Below, piece by piece: positions 20,392-28,247 of a stretch of 34,424 nt of DNA. The stretch covers positions 1 to 34,424 of the IMG/VR virus record IMGVR_UViG_3300030106_006749; one strand, 5' to 3'. The DNA is from a virus (taxonomy: Duplodnaviria > Caudoviricetes). The notes under the pieces are model-generated. The model made no database searches and was not told the origin of the DNA. It saw nothing but the letters and a program-made list of their open reading frames with translations. The position numbers were made by a program, and so were the translations under genes. Within the stretch, counting starts at the first letter, position 1; each line of letters starts with the position of its first letter.

Positions 20392-20450
20392 ACTGTAATT
20401 GTAAAAACTGTACTTGCGATCCTTGTGATTGTTCTTGTAGCTGCTGTTAA
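20388..20450 (+). CDS. Metallothionein-like 20-aa peptide MNCNCKNCTCDPCDCSCSCC (not in the ORF track)
   Basis: 9 of 20 residues are Cys in CxC/CxxC/CC spacing; ATGA overlap with the cupin stop; ends 2 nt before the next ATG and fills the gap exactly. Confidence 0.8.
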   Translation: MNCNCKNCTCDPCDCSCSCC

Positions 20451-20452
20451 TT

Positions 20453-20878
20453 ATGAAATTATCTAGTATTATATTTGAAGGCTTTAGAGAAGACGTTAGT
20501 ATAGTTAACGGAGAAAAATACTCAGTTGATTGGTTAGGTAATGCCGATACATTATTAGATTTTACAAGAGCATTAGATAGAATACCAGAAACTATTGAAT
20601 ATATTAATGTTCCTACTGATACTGGAATATTTAATGCTTCTACTACTAGAATTAAACCTGAAGGTGATTGGAGAAAAAAAGTAAGATCTATGGTTTTTAA
20701 AGTAGTAGGAGAGCATGAAAAAGAAGGCAATGAATTAGAAGGTATTAGAATCAGCTCTTATTACGGTATAGGACCTAAAGGTGCAGATGATCATCCAATT
20801 TATGTTTCAATTGATACTAAAGAATCTCGAGAATTTGGTCAAGCAATGTCTAGAGGTGATTATGGTCCATTAGATTAA
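20453..20878 (+). CDS. Hypothetical protein with MKLSSIIFE leader
   Basis: 141-aa ORF with the shared leader. Confidence 0.75.
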   Translation: MKLSSIIFEGFREDVSIVNGEKYSVDWLGNADTLLDFTRALDRIPETIEYINVPTDTGIFNASTTRIKPEGDWRKKVRSMVFKVVGEHEKEGNELEGIRISSYYGIGPKGADDHPIYVSIDTKESREFGQAMSRGDYGPLD

Positions 20879-20883
20879 AAATT

Positions 20884-21072
20884 ATGAAACTATCAAAAGT
20901 CATATTAGAAAACAATAAAGTAGTTACAAAAAAAGAGTTACTAATGTCTGAAGAAGATGTTAATAATCTTTCAGAAACTATTGCTGAAAAACTTAACGAT
21001 TATCTAGATATGGATAAAAAAGAAGTTTTAAGTGGTATAGTTAAAGAAGCTATAGAAAAAATAGTTAACTAA
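20884..21072 (+). CDS. Small hypothetical protein with MKLSKVILE leader
   Basis: 62-aa helical ORF with the shared leader. Confidence 0.7.
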   Translation: MKLSKVILENNKVVTKKELLMSEEDVNNLSETIAEKLNDYLDMDKKEVLSGIVKEAIEKIVN

Positions 21073-21076
21073 TTAG

Positions 21077-21105
21077 TTGTATATTCGGAAGTAATTCCTT
21101 ATATT
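21077..21105 (+). promoter_or_regulatory. Putative sigma70-like promoter TTGTAT-17-TATATT upstream of primase
   Basis: Canonical 17-nt spacing within the 58-nt intergenic gap. Confidence 0.55.
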
Positions 21106-21130
21106 ATTATATAAGTTACGGACGAACTAT

Positions 21131-22054
21131 ATGGACTACACTTTTCTTCTAGGTAGTATAGAAAATATTTTAGGTAAAAGTTATAAAAGAGCAAGAGAAA
21201 ACCATGCTTTTAACTGTCCTTTTTGTAATCATCATAAACCTAAATTAGAAATAAACTTTAGAACTAACGAAAAAGGACAAAATCCTTGGGAATGCTGGGT
21301 TTGTGAAACTAAAGGTAGAACGATAAGATCTCTACTATACCAACTTAAAATACCTAGAGACCAAGCAAAAGAAGTATTAAGATATGTTCCTAAAAGCTCA
21401 GATGTTGAATACAGAGAAATCGCAGCTATCCAACTACCTAAAGAATTTAAAACACTTTATAACGCTTCAAGTACTTCAATAATTGCAAACAAAATAAAAA
21501 GGTACCTTTATGAGAGAGGATTTAGCGACAATGATTTTATTAAATACAACGTTGGGTATTGCACAGCTGGAGAGTATGGAGGACGAATTATTATCCCAAG
21601 TTATTCTGAATCGAATATCCTCAATTATTTTATTGCAAGAACTCATGAGGGATCCTATCACAAGTACAGGAATCCTGAAATTTCCAAAGACATAATATTT
21701 TTTGAAAACTTAATTAATTGGAACCAACCTGTAGTTTTATGTGAAGGAGTTTTTGATGCTATAGCTATTAAACGAAATGCTATTCCTATACTAGGAAAGA
21801 CCCTTTCTAATACATTAATAAAAAAAGTTATAGCTAGTACTAATAAAGACATTTATATAGCTTTAGATACTGATGCTAGAAGTAAAGCATTAGGTATAAG
21901 CGAACACTTATTAAGTTTAGGTAAAAGAGTATTTTTAGTTGAACTTACCGATAAAGATCCCTCAGATATGGGATTCGAACAATTTACTAAACTTGTACAA
22001 ACAGCAAAGGAATTAGATTTAAGTACTCTAATGATGCATAAATTAGAATTATGA
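21131..22054 (+). CDS. gp61: DNA primase (DnaG/T4 gp61-like)
   Basis: Zn finger CPFC...CWVC, RIIIP, TOPRIM EGVFDA, LDTD and KDPSD. Confidence 0.92.
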   Translation: MDYTFLLGSIENILGKSYKRARENHAFNCPFCNHHKPKLEINFRTNEKGQNPWECWVCETKGRTIRSLLYQLKIPRDQAKEVLRYVPKSSDVEYREIAAIQLPKEFKTLYNASSTSIIANKIKRYLYERGFSDNDFIKYNVGYCTAGEYGGRIIIPSYSESNILNYFIARTHEGSYHKYRNPEISKDIIFFENLINWNQPVVLCEGVFDAIAIKRNAIPILGKTLSNTLIKKVIASTNKDIYIALDTDARSKALGISEHLLSLGKRVFLVELTDKDPSDMGFEQFTKLVQTAKELDLSTLMMHKLEL

Positions 22055-22833
22055 TAAAGCAAGGAACAAATATTCTTAGAGAAAATGATAAGAATAGATT
22101 ACATTTTAACCCTGAATTAAAACAAATTAACTTTCTTGATAGGAGAGTTTATAAAAGATCGGAAGGAGTATATTACCCGTCCGTAACTACAATACTCCAA
22201 TATATGCCCAAAGCTAAGTTCTTCGAGACATGGTTGAAGGATGTTGGGCATAATGCCGATCTAATTATGAGAAAAGCAGGTAAAGAAGGTACCCAGGTAC
22301 ATGAAGCTGCTGAGAAACTAATAAGAGGAGAAGAAGTTTCTTGGATGGACGATTATGGAAATGCAAGATATTCTCAATTAGTATGGGAAATGATACTTAA
22401 ATTTTATGAATTTTGGAATACTTATAAACCTAAACCTATAAGCGCTGAAGAGTTTGTATTTTCTGATGAACATAAATATGCAGGTACTGCTGACTTAGTT
22501 GTAGAGCTTGATGGTGAAACTTGGTTATTAGATCTTAAAACGTCTAATAGTATACATAAATCTTATGATCTCCAATTAGCAGCATATGCTAAAGCGTTAG
22601 AAGAAACTAAAGGTATTAAAATTGATAGAACAGGTATTATCTGGTTAAAAGCACATACACGATCTAATTCTAAAAAGAAAGGAGTCTATCAAGGCAAAGG
22701 ATGGCAAGTAAGAGTAGTAGATGATATTGATAATAATTTTGAATTATTTAAAATGATATATAAACTATACTCTTTAGAAAACCCTACAGTTGAACCTATT
22801 TATAATAGTTACCCAACAACTTTAAAAATATAA
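22051..22833 (+). CDS. PD-(D/E)XK exonuclease (RecB/Cas4-like fold, no Fe-S cysteines)
   Basis: YPSVTTIL, GTQVH, YAGTADLV, DLKTS and QLAAYA. Confidence 0.88.
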   Translation: MIKQGTNILRENDKNRLHFNPELKQINFLDRRVYKRSEGVYYPSVTTILQYMPKAKFFETWLKDVGHNADLIMRKAGKEGTQVHEAAEKLIRGEEVSWMDDYGNARYSQLVWEMILKFYEFWNTYKPKPISAEEFVFSDEHKYAGTADLVVELDGETWLLDLKTSNSIHKSYDLQLAAYAKALEETKGIKIDRTGIIWLKAHTRSNSKKKGVYQGKGWQVRVVDDIDNNFELFKMIYKLYSLENPTVEPIYNSYPTTLKI

Positions 22834-22835
22834 CT

Positions 22836-23783
22836 ATGAAGAAAGGACCTGAATACTTAGGAAGATTACTTGGAGCATTACTCGCACTGCTTATATATTT
22901 TTTATTTACAGGATGCAGTACTTATAAGTTAGCTACTCTTAATCATGATCCTATGTATCCAGTTGAGTATGTAATACCTGTTGCAGATAATACTAAAATA
23001 GATACTTTATCGTATTCACAGTTTAGATGGAAACTAAGAACCGATTTTAACTTTAGATGGGATTACGCTCAATTTGCTATGAATCAACCTTTTAATTGGT
23101 ATTCAAGCAACTTTAGTTATAATGTTTGGAGACCTTTCAATTCATTTGATGTTTATTTTAACAGGTATAATTTTTGGTATGATTGGGCATTTAACTACCC
23201 TTACTATTGGGGCTATAGTAGCTGGCATAATCCATGGAGGCACAATTGGTATAGACCTTTTAATTCATGGAATAACTGGTATAACGGTCCTTGGCATAAC
23301 TCAGGTTATAACGTTATTTGGAATTCAACTAGAGATAATAATATAGCTTACATTAGCGGTAGAAGAGGTAGCAGAAACTTTGAAATAACTATTAATAATA
23401 ATAATATTCAAAATACAATTAGTACAAGATACAATAACCCTAGAGATAATATTGATAATAGAAACCTTAATAATATTGTAAATAAATTAAGAGAAAATTT
23501 TAACATAAAACCTAGAGTTTATAACGACCCTAATAATTTTAATAATGATCAAATTAACGGACTTAATATTAGAAGTAACAGATCGACCGAAGGTAATAGT
23601 AATGGCTGGGGGAGCAGGAGTAGGCAAATCGTACCTCCTAACTCAACTAGGCCTGTCTTCTCTTCCTCAAGTCAATCCGGACAAGTACGTGGAGGATCCG
23701 GAACATCCAGCGTACAACAATCTGGGGGCAGGAGCTCGTCTAGCGGACAAGGAGGCAGAGGATCTAGCGGCATCAGGAACTAG
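22836..23783 (+). CDS. Lipoprotein with Tyr/Trp/Asn-rich core and Ser/Gly/Arg-rich tail
   Basis: Signal peptide ending FTG-C27 (lipobox); WY-rich segment; SSGQGGRG tail; overlaps the next gene by 239 nt. Confidence 0.75.
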   Translation: MKKGPEYLGRLLGALLALLIYFLFTGCSTYKLATLNHDPMYPVEYVIPVADNTKIDTLSYSQFRWKLRTDFNFRWDYAQFAMNQPFNWYSSNFSYNVWRPFNSFDVYFNRYNFWYDWAFNYPYYWGYSSWHNPWRHNWYRPFNSWNNWYNGPWHNSGYNVIWNSTRDNNIAYISGRRGSRNFEITINNNNIQNTISTRYNNPRDNIDNRNLNNIVNKLRENFNIKPRVYNDPNNFNNDQINGLNIRSNRSTEGNSNGWGSRSRQIVPPNSTRPVFSSSSQSGQVRGGSGTSSVQQSGGRSSSSGQGGRGSSGIRN

Positions 23784-24474
23784 CTTTGTCTGGGATACTA
23801 CTGCTTCTAATCCACAGAAGGTAAAAGACCTAAAGGATAAAGGATACGATATATACATGATTATGGTATATACTCATCCTATGATATCTTATATATCTAA
23901 TTTTTCAAGAAAAAGAAACATACCTGGAGTAGCAGTATTTCAGACTTGGAGAAACGTATACCAGTTAATTAAAGAATATTATAAAATTACTAATGGTAAT
24001 ATGTCCATTTTTATAAACGATAGAGGAGGAAAATTTGATAAAGAAATAAAAGCTTTTGATACTGCTGCAAAAAACGGACCTGAAGGAATTAAAGACTATC
24101 TACAGAGATATAATAATGATAAAGGTATAGAAGGTTCTACATTTTTTAAACCGGTAGAAATGTCTTCTCAAGAGGAAGATGAATTTAAAAAAGCTATAGT
24201 AGGAGTAGATTACGATACTAAAAGTAGATCTGAAACTAAAGCACTACAGCAAGCATTCTTGAAGGCTTATAGAAATAACGGTGTAGGTCCAGGAGCTGAT
24301 AAATTAAAAGATGCTGTAAAAAAGTATAGAGATAGAAAAGAGAAGAATGATAAAAGACATGAAGAAGTATTAGATAATATAGCTGATATGTTATTTAATC
24401 CTACTTTCCAAGAACTATTAAAACATTCTACTCCTCAAGAAATAGATAAAAATGTACAACAGTTTTTAGCATGA
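23545..24474 (+). CDS. Zeta-toxin-like / AAA_33 P-loop kinase with MIKLTDLILE leader
   Basis: Walker A MAGGAGVGKS, VNPDKYVE and FVWDTT. Confidence 0.8.
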   Translation: MIKLTDLILEVTDRPKVIVMAGGAGVGKSYLLTQLGLSSLPQVNPDKYVEDPEHPAYNNLGAGARLADKEAEDLAASGTSFVWDTTASNPQKVKDLKDKGYDIYMIMVYTHPMISYISNFSRKRNIPGVAVFQTWRNVYQLIKEYYKITNGNMSIFINDRGGKFDKEIKAFDTAAKNGPEGIKDYLQRYNNDKGIEGSTFFKPVEMSSQEEDEFKKAIVGVDYDTKSRSETKALQQAFLKAYRNNGVGPGADKLKDAVKKYRDRKEKNDKRHEEVLDNIADMLFNPTFQELLKHSTPQEIDKNVQQFLA

Positions 24475-25661
24475 TAGCATTATATCCTGGAGCTTTTAAA
24501 CCTCCTCATAGAGGTCATTTTGATGTAGTAAGAGATTTATTATCTAATAATCATAGAGGAAAAGTTTATGATATAGATAATTATTTAGATGCAGGAGAAG
24601 AAGTTTTAAAAGGAAAAGGAGATAAATTAAAACCTATAGAAAAAGTTATTATTTTTATAGGAGGAAATACTAGAAACGGAATAACACCTGAAGATTCTGA
24701 AAGGATATGGAATATTTATAAGAAATACTTAGGTGATATAGAAATAGTATTAGGAGAAAAAAATCCTATGTATGCATCTAGTAAGTATGCAAAAACTAAC
24801 CCTAACGATAATTTTTATGCTATTACAGGGGTTAGAGGGAATGAAGATTTAGTTGATTTAAAAAGAGTAACTACTTTTAAAAATAGAGAAAATGTAGACG
24901 GATTAGCCGTTACTACTGATTCTTCAAAACAAGTAAGAGCTACTGATTTTAGAAATACTATACTTACAGGTAACTTAGATGATGTAAGAGATTTTTTTCC
25001 GAAAGAAATTAGTAGAGAAGATATTTTAAAAATAATTAAGATGTTAAAGTCAAGCATAGTAGCGGAACAGTTAAATAAAAAAATAGAAGAAACTATTACT
25101 GAAACGTTCAAAACCGAAAATAACTCAGGAGCACCAGTAGCTCCAAGATCAATTTTAAAATCAAAAGATAGATCATACTTAGTTCATACTTTTAATAAAA
25201 TAAGAGATATGGACGATAAATTACATATTACCTTTAACCAGGATCATATAAGAATAGATGTAAAAGATGATGAAGATTTAGGAAATAGATTTGACTATAC
25301 TCCTTTTTTCGGTTCGTTATTAGAATATATGATAGATGAAAAGTTAAATATTTACCCACTACCTGAAGTTAAAATAAGAAGAGATGTGGCTGAAGCAGCA
25401 GACTTTTTTGGTAGGACCGCTTATTACCAACCTACTACTAATGAAATAGTTTTATACGTTGAAGGAAGACATCCTAAAGATGTTATGAGATCATTTGCTC
25501 ATGAAATGGTTCATCATATGCAAAATTTAGAAGGTAGGTTAGGAAAAATACAGACAACTAATACTAATGAATCAGATGCATTATTAGAATTAGAAAAAGA
25601 AGCATATTTACAAGGAAATATAATATTTAGAAACTGGGAAGACTCAGTAAAAAATAAGTAA
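24471..25661 (+). CDS. HxGH nucleotidyltransferase (cytidyltransferase-like) fused to an HEXXH zincin-like domain
   Basis: YPGAFKPPHRGH and VRATDFR in the N-terminal part; RSFAHEMVHHMQ...LEKEAY in the C-terminal part. Confidence 0.8.
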   Translation: MIALYPGAFKPPHRGHFDVVRDLLSNNHRGKVYDIDNYLDAGEEVLKGKGDKLKPIEKVIIFIGGNTRNGITPEDSERIWNIYKKYLGDIEIVLGEKNPMYASSKYAKTNPNDNFYAITGVRGNEDLVDLKRVTTFKNRENVDGLAVTTDSSKQVRATDFRNTILTGNLDDVRDFFPKEISREDILKIIKMLKSSIVAEQLNKKIEETITETFKTENNSGAPVAPRSILKSKDRSYLVHTFNKIRDMDDKLHITFNQDHIRIDVKDDEDLGNRFDYTPFFGSLLEYMIDEKLNIYPLPEVKIRRDVAEAADFFGRTAYYQPTTNEIVLYVEGRHPKDVMRSFAHEMVHHMQNLEGRLGKIQTTNTNESDALLELEKEAYLQGNIIFRNWEDSVKNK

Positions 25662-26206
25662 TGAGTAAAAGTATAGTAGAGTTATTAGAAGCATACCCCC
25701 TTCCTGAGCAGAAGGAAAAACCTCCTTATAAAATATATTGTGATATGGATGGTGTATTAACTAATTTTGAATCTAGATTTGAACACTTTACAGGTAAGTC
25801 TCCTAAACAGTATGAAAAAGAGTTTGGTTTAGAACAGTTCTGGCATTTAATAGATTCAAAAATTGGAGTAAGATTTTGGGTAGGAATGGATTGGATGCCT
25901 CAAGGTAAAGAACTATGGAATTTTATTAGCCCTTACGCACCATCATTACTTACTTCTCCTTCTAGAGATAATACATCAAGATTAGGAAAAAATTTATGGG
26001 TTAAAAATAACTTAAACCCTAAACCAAAAGTTATATTTGCATACTCAGCTGATAAACAAAGATATGCTGACGAAAATAGTATACTTATAGATGATAAAAA
26101 ATCTAATATAAATGAGTGGAATGCTCAAGGAGGTATAGCTATTAGATGTAAAGATGGAGATGTAACATCAGTTATAAATGAATTAAAAGCACTAGGTTAT
26201 GAGTAA
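25661..26206 (+). CDS. HAD-superfamily 5'(3')-nucleotidase (NT5C-like)
   Basis: IYCDMDGVL, LLTSP, and K...ILIDD..NI.EW. Confidence 0.88.
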   Translation: MSKSIVELLEAYPLPEQKEKPPYKIYCDMDGVLTNFESRFEHFTGKSPKQYEKEFGLEQFWHLIDSKIGVRFWVGMDWMPQGKELWNFISPYAPSLLTSPSRDNTSRLGKNLWVKNNLNPKPKVIFAYSADKQRYADENSILIDDKKSNINEWNAQGGIAIRCKDGDVTSVINELKALGYE

Positions 26207-26777
26207 AGAAACACTTTTAAAAAAAGATTTTAAAGAAAGTGATGTACAGAGAATAAGAAATATAGTTAATAAAGATTTTACTTCCGGAACTAAGATACAA
26301 ACAGGATATCGTAAAGCTACTAAAAAGCATAAAGAAGGAGATGTATGGGAAGAAGGAGGAAAGCAATGGACTATTAAAGACGGTATTAAGCAAAATATTA
26401 CTAAATTAGATGCAGCAAAAAAAGCTCTTCGTATGCCTTTGTGCTGTCCTAAGTGCGGAGGACCATTAGAACATTGGATGGCTAAAAAAATGTATAAAAT
26501 TCATGGCTTTTGCTTTGATCCTTGTACAGTTGAATTTGAAGCTGATTTAAGGAAAGCAGGTTTATATAAAGAATATGAAAGAAAAATGATTACCGGAAAT
26601 ATCAAAGAGTTCGTTAATGATATAGAAAGTTGGGTTTTAGACTCAATAAATGATAAGAATTCTTTCGTTACTGAAGCAGGAGATCTAGAAGATTGGGGTA
26701 GTATGTCTAATAAATCTAAAAAGAAAATACTTAAAGATTTAAAAGATTATACTTCAAGGATACGAAAGCAGTTATAA
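26199..26777 (+). CDS. Hypothetical protein with putative Zn ribbon
   Basis: CPKC...CFDPC; EGDVWEE..KQWTIKDG motif. Confidence 0.7.
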   Translation: MSKETLLKKDFKESDVQRIRNIVNKDFTSGTKIQTGYRKATKKHKEGDVWEEGGKQWTIKDGIKQNITKLDAAKKALRMPLCCPKCGGPLEHWMAKKMYKIHGFCFDPCTVEFEADLRKAGLYKEYERKMITGNIKEFVNDIESWVLDSINDKNSFVTEAGDLEDWGSMSNKSKKKILKDLKDYTSRIRKQL

Positions 26778-26779
26778 AG

Positions 26780-26796
26780 ATATATTTATATAAAAG
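26780..26796 (+). promoter_or_regulatory. Putative late promoter ATATATTTATATAAAAG
   Basis: Identical to 10638-10654; intergenic. Confidence 0.6.
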
Positions 26797-26803
26797 TAAG
26801 TAG

Positions 26804-27163
26804 ATGGCTACACAAAGAGAAATACTAGAAAACGTATTAAAAGAGCTTGTAAATATTAAAAAACATATGCCTAACGGTGAGTTAAAAGCACTGTTGGAAG
26901 ATGTTAAAGATATGAAAGAAGATATTACTGAGCTTAAATACACTTTACTCAACCCTGAAGATGGTGTAATAGTAAAAACTAATCAAAATACTTTATTTAG
27001 AAAACAATTAGAAGGTAACCAAAAAGAGTTTGATAATAAGATGTTAGAGTTAGAATCTATGAAAAGATGGAAAGATGGAGTAAATAAAGCTTTGTGGGTA
27101 GTATTTGGAGTTTTAGCAGCTATAATTATTAATATGATTTTTATGCATAACGATAAATTATAA
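26804..27163 (+). CDS. Coiled-coil protein with C-terminal transmembrane helix (possible holin/XhlA-like)
   Basis: ALWVVFGVLAAIIINMIFM hydrophobic helix after coiled coil. Confidence 0.55.
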   Translation: MATQREILENVLKELVNIKKHMPNGELKALLEDVKDMKEDITELKYTLLNPEDGVIVKTNQNTLFRKQLEGNQKEFDNKMLELESMKRWKDGVNKALWVVFGVLAAIIINMIFMHNDKL

Positions 27164-28047
27164 TGACTAATCAGCAGATAAAAAATATTACTTTAGAATC
27201 TCTTAGAGATTGGTTTAAAAAAGAAAAATGGGTCCGTATTACCACCTCAGGTAATATAGCAGGACCTTGCGGTACATCTAAAAATAAAAAAAATCCCGAT
27301 AGATGTCTACCAAAAGCTAAAGCTCAATCTTTGACTAAAGCACAAAGAGCAGCTACAGCAAGAAAGAAAAAGAAAGCGGGTGCTAAAGGAAAAACAGTCG
27401 TGAAAAATACTAAAAAAGCAACAGTAAGAAAAGAAACTAAAGGAGCTCCTAAAGGACATTACTTTACTGCATCAGGTAACTTAGTTAAAGGTAGGTTAAC
27501 AAAAGCAGCAAGAGAAAAAGGAGCAAGATTAAGTGACCCAAAAGATAAACAAAGATCTAAAGTTCCACCGGTAACTCAATATAATGAATTAGAACTACCA
27601 TCAGCAGCTTTAACTAGAATTAATAATGATGTTAAAAATGCAAAAACTATGGCTCAGTCAATACTTCAATATATCGATGCTGTAGATGATAAAGAGCAAC
27701 CGGCTATATTTAAAAATCCTAAATTAAGAAGAGCTATAGAGCTATTAAAAGACTTAGGTGACGATCAACCTACTCAAGAACCTGCTAATGAAACTGCTAA
27801 TCCTCAAGATGGTAAAGCAGCACCATTTGGTTCTGGATTTAAAAAAGTAAATGAAATGACTATAGAAGATATTAAAAACTTAACAGTAGGTCTTTTACAT
27901 GAAATACAAGGTAAAGAAGTATTAATGGAAAAAGATGATAGATGTACAAGAATAGCAAAACGTAAATATGATACCTGGCCATCAGCTTATGCTTCAGGAG
28001 CAGTAGTAAGATGTAGAAGAGGTGAAATTTGGAAAGGACAAAAATAA
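27163..28047 (+). CDS. Modular basic protein (LRDWFKKEKWV...CG...CLP module; ANPQDGKAAPFGSG; C-terminal WPSAYASGAVVRCR module)
   Basis: Lys/Arg-rich modules separated by TLE, RKE, YNE, ANE, VNE and LME. Confidence 0.7.
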   Translation: MTNQQIKNITLESLRDWFKKEKWVRITTSGNIAGPCGTSKNKKNPDRCLPKAKAQSLTKAQRAATARKKKKAGAKGKTVVKNTKKATVRKETKGAPKGHYFTASGNLVKGRLTKAAREKGARLSDPKDKQRSKVPPVTQYNELELPSAALTRINNDVKNAKTMAQSILQYIDAVDDKEQPAIFKNPKLRRAIELLKDLGDDQPTQEPANETANPQDGKAAPFGSGFKKVNEMTIEDIKNLTVGLLHEIQGKEVLMEKDDRCTRIAKRKYDTWPSAYASGAVVRCRRGEIWKGQK

Positions 28048-28247
28048 TGCCAGCAAAACTTAAACCTAGTACGAAAGAATATGCAAGAGATGCTAGAGGC
28101 AGAATGACTAATAAGTTTACTTGGAAACATTATACCCCTCACAATACTCCTACTCAAGAATTAAAAAAAATGTATGAAAGTGATTCATACACTAGAAAAA
28201 AGAATATTATTAAAAGAGAATTAATTAGAAGAAATGCCTTTAACTAA
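28047..28247 (+). CDS. Small basic hypothetical protein (MPAKLKP...)
   Basis: ATG at 28047 coupled to the upstream stop (TAATG), preferred over the TTG start at 28029. Confidence 0.65.
   Translation: MPAKLKPSTKEYARDARGRMTNKFTWKHYTPHNTPTQELKKMYESDSYTRKKNIIKRELIRRNAFN

Noticed and set aside
22051-22833. Cas4-like nuclease as evidence of CRISPR-Cas
   Set aside because: No Fe-S cysteines, other cas genes or array; an ordinary phage exonuclease beside primase
23545-25661. Zeta-epsilon toxin-antitoxin pair or complete NAD reconstitution pathway
   Set aside because: No epsilon-like antitoxin and no Nampt/PRPP-synthetase-like partner visible; only fold-level similarity
28029-28046. TTG start for ORF 28029..28247
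   Set aside because: ATG at 28047 in TAATG coupling matches the pattern used throughout the window
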